The translations under genes and the position numbers were made by a program. This document shows positions 61,014 through 64,000 of a stretch of DNA of 64,000 nt, in pieces (within the stretch, counting starts at the first letter, position 1; every line of letters starts with the position of its first letter). The stretch lies in contig OZ250150.1 of NCBI GenBank assembly GCA_965237675.1, positions 4,480,001 through 4,544,000 of the forward strand. Direction: 5' to 3'. Source of the DNA: Candidatus Latescibacterota bacterium. GTDB taxonomy: Bacteria > Latescibacterota > UBA2968 > GCA-2709665. The notes under the pieces are model-generated. The model saw only the letters and a program-made list of their open reading frames with translations. It was not told the DNA's origin and made no database searches.

Positions 61014-61040
61014 AAGACGCTCAAATTCCGGGACAGAACA

Positions 61041-62279
61041 CTAGTGACCCACGGACGCAGCGCCCTTTTCGCCGACCAGGTCGAATTCCTCGAACCTGGA
61101 CAGCCGGAACGGTTGAATCAGATCAGGCGTACGCCCACTGGCGATCAACTCCGCCATTGTCCGGCCGCAAATAGGGGACGCCTTGAATCCGTAGGTGCCC
61201 CAACCCACGTCCACAAGAAAACCCCGAACCGGCGTAAAACCCATAACCGGACTGTAGTCGGGCGTCATATCGCAAAGCCCCGCCCACTGGCGCAACACCT
61301 TCACCTTGCTCAAGAACGGGAACAACTCCAGCATGTGCCCGGCGATACTCTCCAGAAAGGACAGCGAAGATTCCATCGAATAGGACGTATATGGATCCAC
61401 GCTCGCCCCCATGACGAGTTCGCCCCGATCCGACTGGCTCACGTACACGTGCAGACTGCCCGACACAATGACGACGTCCAGAAAGGGCTTCAGGGGTTCG
61501 GTGACACACGCCTGCAACGGAAACGTGGTGAGGGGCAGAGGTACACCGGCCATTTCGGCGATAGTCGACCCCCAACCCGCCGTTGCGTTCAACACCGTTC
61601 CGGTCTTGATGTAACCCCCCGTTGTTTCCACGCCCACAACGCTTTCACCCCGCACGTCTATCCCGGTCACCGCGGTCTGCTGGTGAATATGCACCCCGCG
61701 CCGGTCGGACTGATGGGCGTAGCCCCACACGACGGCGTCGTGGCGGACGATACCACCCGGCGGATGGTAGAGCGCCGCCAGGATCGGGTAGCGGGGATGG
61801 TCGGTGATATCGATGCCCGGGCAGAGTTTCTCGATCGTTTCGGGCCATATCAACTCCGAATCCACCCCCTGAAGCTTATTCACCTCCGCCCGCCGGCGCA
61901 TCATGCGCACCGCCCCGTCGGTGTGCGCCAGCGTGAGGTGCCCGCGCTGGCTGAACATGACGTTGAAATCCAGTTCGGACGCCATCTGCTCGTACAGCCG
62001 GACGCTTTCGTCATAAAAGCGCACGCCTTCCGGGGTCAGATAGTTGCTACGGATAATCGCCGTATTCCGCCCGCTTCCGCCGGAACCGATATACCCTCTT
62101 TCGATGACCGCCACGTCGGTAATGCCGTGCTCGGCGGCCAGATAATATGCGCAGGCCAACCCATGGGCGCCCCCGCCGATAATCACGACATCGTAACAGT
62201 CCCTGGCGGGGTTGGACCGCCACATCCTGGGCAAAAGCCCGTTTCCTTTCAGCGCCTGTCGAATCAGCTTGAACGACAC
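61041..62279 (-). CDS. soxB: Sarcosine oxidase/NMG dehydrogenase beta subunit (FAD)
   Basis: IIGGGAHG, GRNTAIIRSNY, GWGTYGFK and EKGAASVGH; GTG start with SD. Confidence 0.9.
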   Translation of the reverse strand: MSFKLIRQALKGNGLLPRMWRSNPARDCYDVVIIGGGAHGLACAYYLAAEHGITDVAVIERGYIGSGGSGRNTAIIRSNYLTPEGVRFYDESVRLYEQMASELDFNVMFSQRGHLTLAHTDGAVRMMRRRAEVNKLQGVDSELIWPETIEKLCPGIDITDHPRYPILAALYHPPGGIVRHDAVVWGYAHQSDRRGVHIHQQTAVTGIDVRGESVVGVETTGGYIKTGTVLNATAGWGSTIAEMAGVPLPLTTFPLQACVTEPLKPFLDVVIVSGSLHVYVSQSDRGELVMGASVDPYTSYSMESSLSFLESIAGHMLELFPFLSKVKVLRQWAGLCDMTPDYSPVMGFTPVRGFLVDVGWGTYGFKASPICGRTMAELIASGRTPDLIQPFRLSRFEEFDLVGEKGAASVGH

Positions 62280-62328
62280 GATATTGTCCTTGCCACCACC
62301 GACGCGCAGCGCCGGACGACGCGGTCCG

Positions 62329-63675
62329 CTAACGCCAGCCGGGCCCGCCCCCCACGACACGGTTCGTGCCAACGAGGGGGAGATTGCAGATCATGGACGC
62401 CTCGGACGTAAGCGCGCGCATGTCTTCCGGCTCCAGATCGTGCACGTCCGCCTTTCCGCACGCCCGTGCCAGAATCTGGATTTCGGACGTCATCGCCTGG
62501 AGCAGGTTCGCCACCCTCTCCGCCGCTTCGTCCACGTGGAGACGCGCCATCAGATCTGGATCCTGCGTTGTGATGCCCACCGGACAGCGCCCGGTATGGC
62601 AGTGATGACAGCGATACGGTTCCGCGCCAAGTTCCTTGTAGTCGTCCACGTATATCGGCTTGTTGCAGTTCAACGCCATCAACGCCGCGGTGCCGATATA
62701 AATTGCATCGGCGCCCAGCGCCATGGCCTTGGCGGCGTCGACGCCATTCCGGATACCACCCGCGATGATCAGTTGCACGCGCCCGTACATGCCGATATTT
62801 TCCAGAGCCGCCCGTGCTTCACACACCGCCGCCAGCGTGGGAACGCCTGTGTGCTCCTGGCATATTTCCGCGGATGCGCCCGTACCTCCCTCCATACCGT
62901 CCACCACAACCACGTCGGCCCCCGCCTTGGCCGCCAGGCGGACGTCGTCGAATACCCGCGTGGCGCCCATCTTGACGAATACAGGGACCTTCCAGTCCGT
63001 TGCCTCGCGCAATTCCTCAATCTTGATGATCATATCGTCCGGACCCAGAAAGTCCGGATGCCGCGCCGGACTCCGCTGATCCACGCCGATGGGCAGATCC
63101 CGTTGCGACGCCACGTCACCGAGGACCTTGGCGCCCAGCAGCAGCCCGCCCGTACCGGGTTTCGCGCCCTGGCCGATGGTCAGCTCGATCCCGTCCGCCA
63201 CCCTGAGATCGTGTACGCTTATTCCATACCGTGACGGCAGCACCTCGTAAATCAGCGCCTTACTTTCCTCCCGCTCCGCCTTCAACATCCCCCCGTCGCC
63301 GGTCGTATTCGAGGACCCGACCATCTTGGCGCCCCTGGCAAGCGCCACCTTGGCGTTGTAGGACAGCGCGCCCCAGCTCATGCCGGTTATCATTATAGGC
63401 GTATCCAATACGATGGGCTCTTCCGCGAAGCGCCCGCCAAGAACCGTTTTGGCCGAACAGCGCTCTCGGTATCCCTCCAGCGGAATGCGCGTAAGCGTGC
63501 ACGGAATAAAGGTCAGATCGTCGAATGTAGGCCACCGCCGTTCCCGCAACGTGCCGAACCCCCGGATCCGGTAGCGTCCCAGTTCGGCCTTGACCTGGAT
63601 ATCCTCGATGACGGCAGGCGTGAACGTGCCGCTGGCCTGCGCCGGACGAAAACTACCGTTATAATCTTCGGCCAT
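62329..63675 (-). CDS. FMN-binding glutamate synthase-family protein (N-methylglutamate synthase subunit C-like)
   Basis: GMSWGALS, GQGAKPG.GG, RHPD, DGMEGGTGA and CHHCHTGRCPVGITTQDP. Confidence 0.9.
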   Translation of the reverse strand: MAEDYNGSFRPAQASGTFTPAVIEDIQVKAELGRYRIRGFGTLRERRWPTFDDLTFIPCTLTRIPLEGYRERCSAKTVLGGRFAEEPIVLDTPIMITGMSWGALSYNAKVALARGAKMVGSSNTTGDGGMLKAEREESKALIYEVLPSRYGISVHDLRVADGIELTIGQGAKPGTGGLLLGAKVLGDVASQRDLPIGVDQRSPARHPDFLGPDDMIIKIEELREATDWKVPVFVKMGATRVFDDVRLAAKAGADVVVVDGMEGGTGASAEICQEHTGVPTLAAVCEARAALENIGMYGRVQLIIAGGIRNGVDAAKAMALGADAIYIGTAALMALNCNKPIYVDDYKELGAEPYRCHHCHTGRCPVGITTQDPDLMARLHVDEAAERVANLLQAMTSEIQILARACGKADVHDLEPEDMRALTSEASMICNLPLVGTNRVVGGGPGWR

Positions 63676-63754
63676 AAGTACCTTGTTCAGGTTGATATCA
63701 GATTGGGACGGGATCGGGACACCCGGATGGGCCGATGGATCCCGTCTCCTCGTC

Positions 63755-64000
63755 TTACAGCGCTTCGCGCCACACCGCGCGCTCGTCTTTATCGAAATTC
63801 CAGAGTTTACGCCCGGCCACGACCTTCCTGAACGCCGTTACGTCCGGGCATCTGCCCAGGTGTTCCTGTATGGATGCTTTCAAAAAAGCGAACTCGTTCT
63901 CGCTGGGCGTCTCGACCACAGCATCGTTGCCGAGTTCCGCGATGTCGCCACCCACAAAACAGACGGTCTCGTACATGGAATCGGCAAAGGCGTCACCGGT
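63755..64000 (-). CDS. Second GXGXG (MgsB-like) protein, C-terminal part
   Basis: GDAFADSMYETVCFVGG.I..LG.DA...FRKVVAGRKLWNF parallels the C-terminus of 53811-54668. Confidence 0.8.
   Translation of the reverse strand, partial: TGDAFADSMYETVCFVGGDIAELGNDAVVETPSENEFAFLKASIQEHLGRCPDVTAFRKVVAGRKLWNFDKDERAVWREAL

Noticed and set aside
25374-63234. Long antisense or alternate-frame ORFs (e.g. 25374-26483, 41104-42588, 46281-47909, 61044-62411, 62212-63234)
   Set aside because: Shadows of well-supported genes in GC-rich DNA; Arg/Pro-rich with no motifs
63707-63746. GACGGGATC...GATCCCGTC inverted repeat
   Set aside because: An ordinary intercistronic stem-loop with no U-tract and no other copies noticed
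1-64000. CRISPR array, cas genes, retron/reverse transcriptase, rRNA
   Set aside because: No regularly spaced repeat-spacer array and no matching motifs seen; the only tandem repeats are coding (33.5-34 kb, FG-GAP)

Overview
This is a GC-rich bacterial chromosomal window. The DUF6785-type membrane protein, CRTAC1/ASPIC protein, two phytanoyl-CoA dioxygenases and two DegT aminotransferases suggest a Latescibacterota/Poribacteria/Gemmatimonadota-like organism (inference). It has five parts. (1) 1-6.3 kb: housekeeping genes, tRNA-Leu(TAA), tRNA-Cys(GCA), an orphan GroES-family gene, and an aquaporin pseudogene missing everything between its two NPA motifs. (2) About 6.3-24.9 kb: a visibly lower-GC, all-minus-strand defence-type island. 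In transcription order it carries a PLD-SNF2 helicase, a Schlafen/AlbA_2 protein coupled to a ParA-type ATPase, an N6-adenine methyltransferase split by a complete IS1380 (CTAG duplication; the IS end supplies a new in-frame ATG), a 1271-aa putative nuclease/sensor protein, an ABC ATPase + PD-(D/E)XK pair, an AbrB-VapC toxin-antitoxin module and a Fic remnant. (3) 25-37 kb: metabolic and membrane genes with a 53-bp mini-IS, a DUF559 endonuclease behind paired REP-like palindromes, two paralogous repeat proteins, and a perfectly symmetric dif-like site. (4) 37-53.7 kb: minus-strand catabolic and tailoring enzymes. (5) 53.8-64 kb: an N-methylglutamate-pathway-like cluster with an in-frame delta-alpha oxidase fusion and two GXGXG subunits. 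No CRISPR array or rRNA was seen. All family calls come from motif recognition by eye, not database searches.
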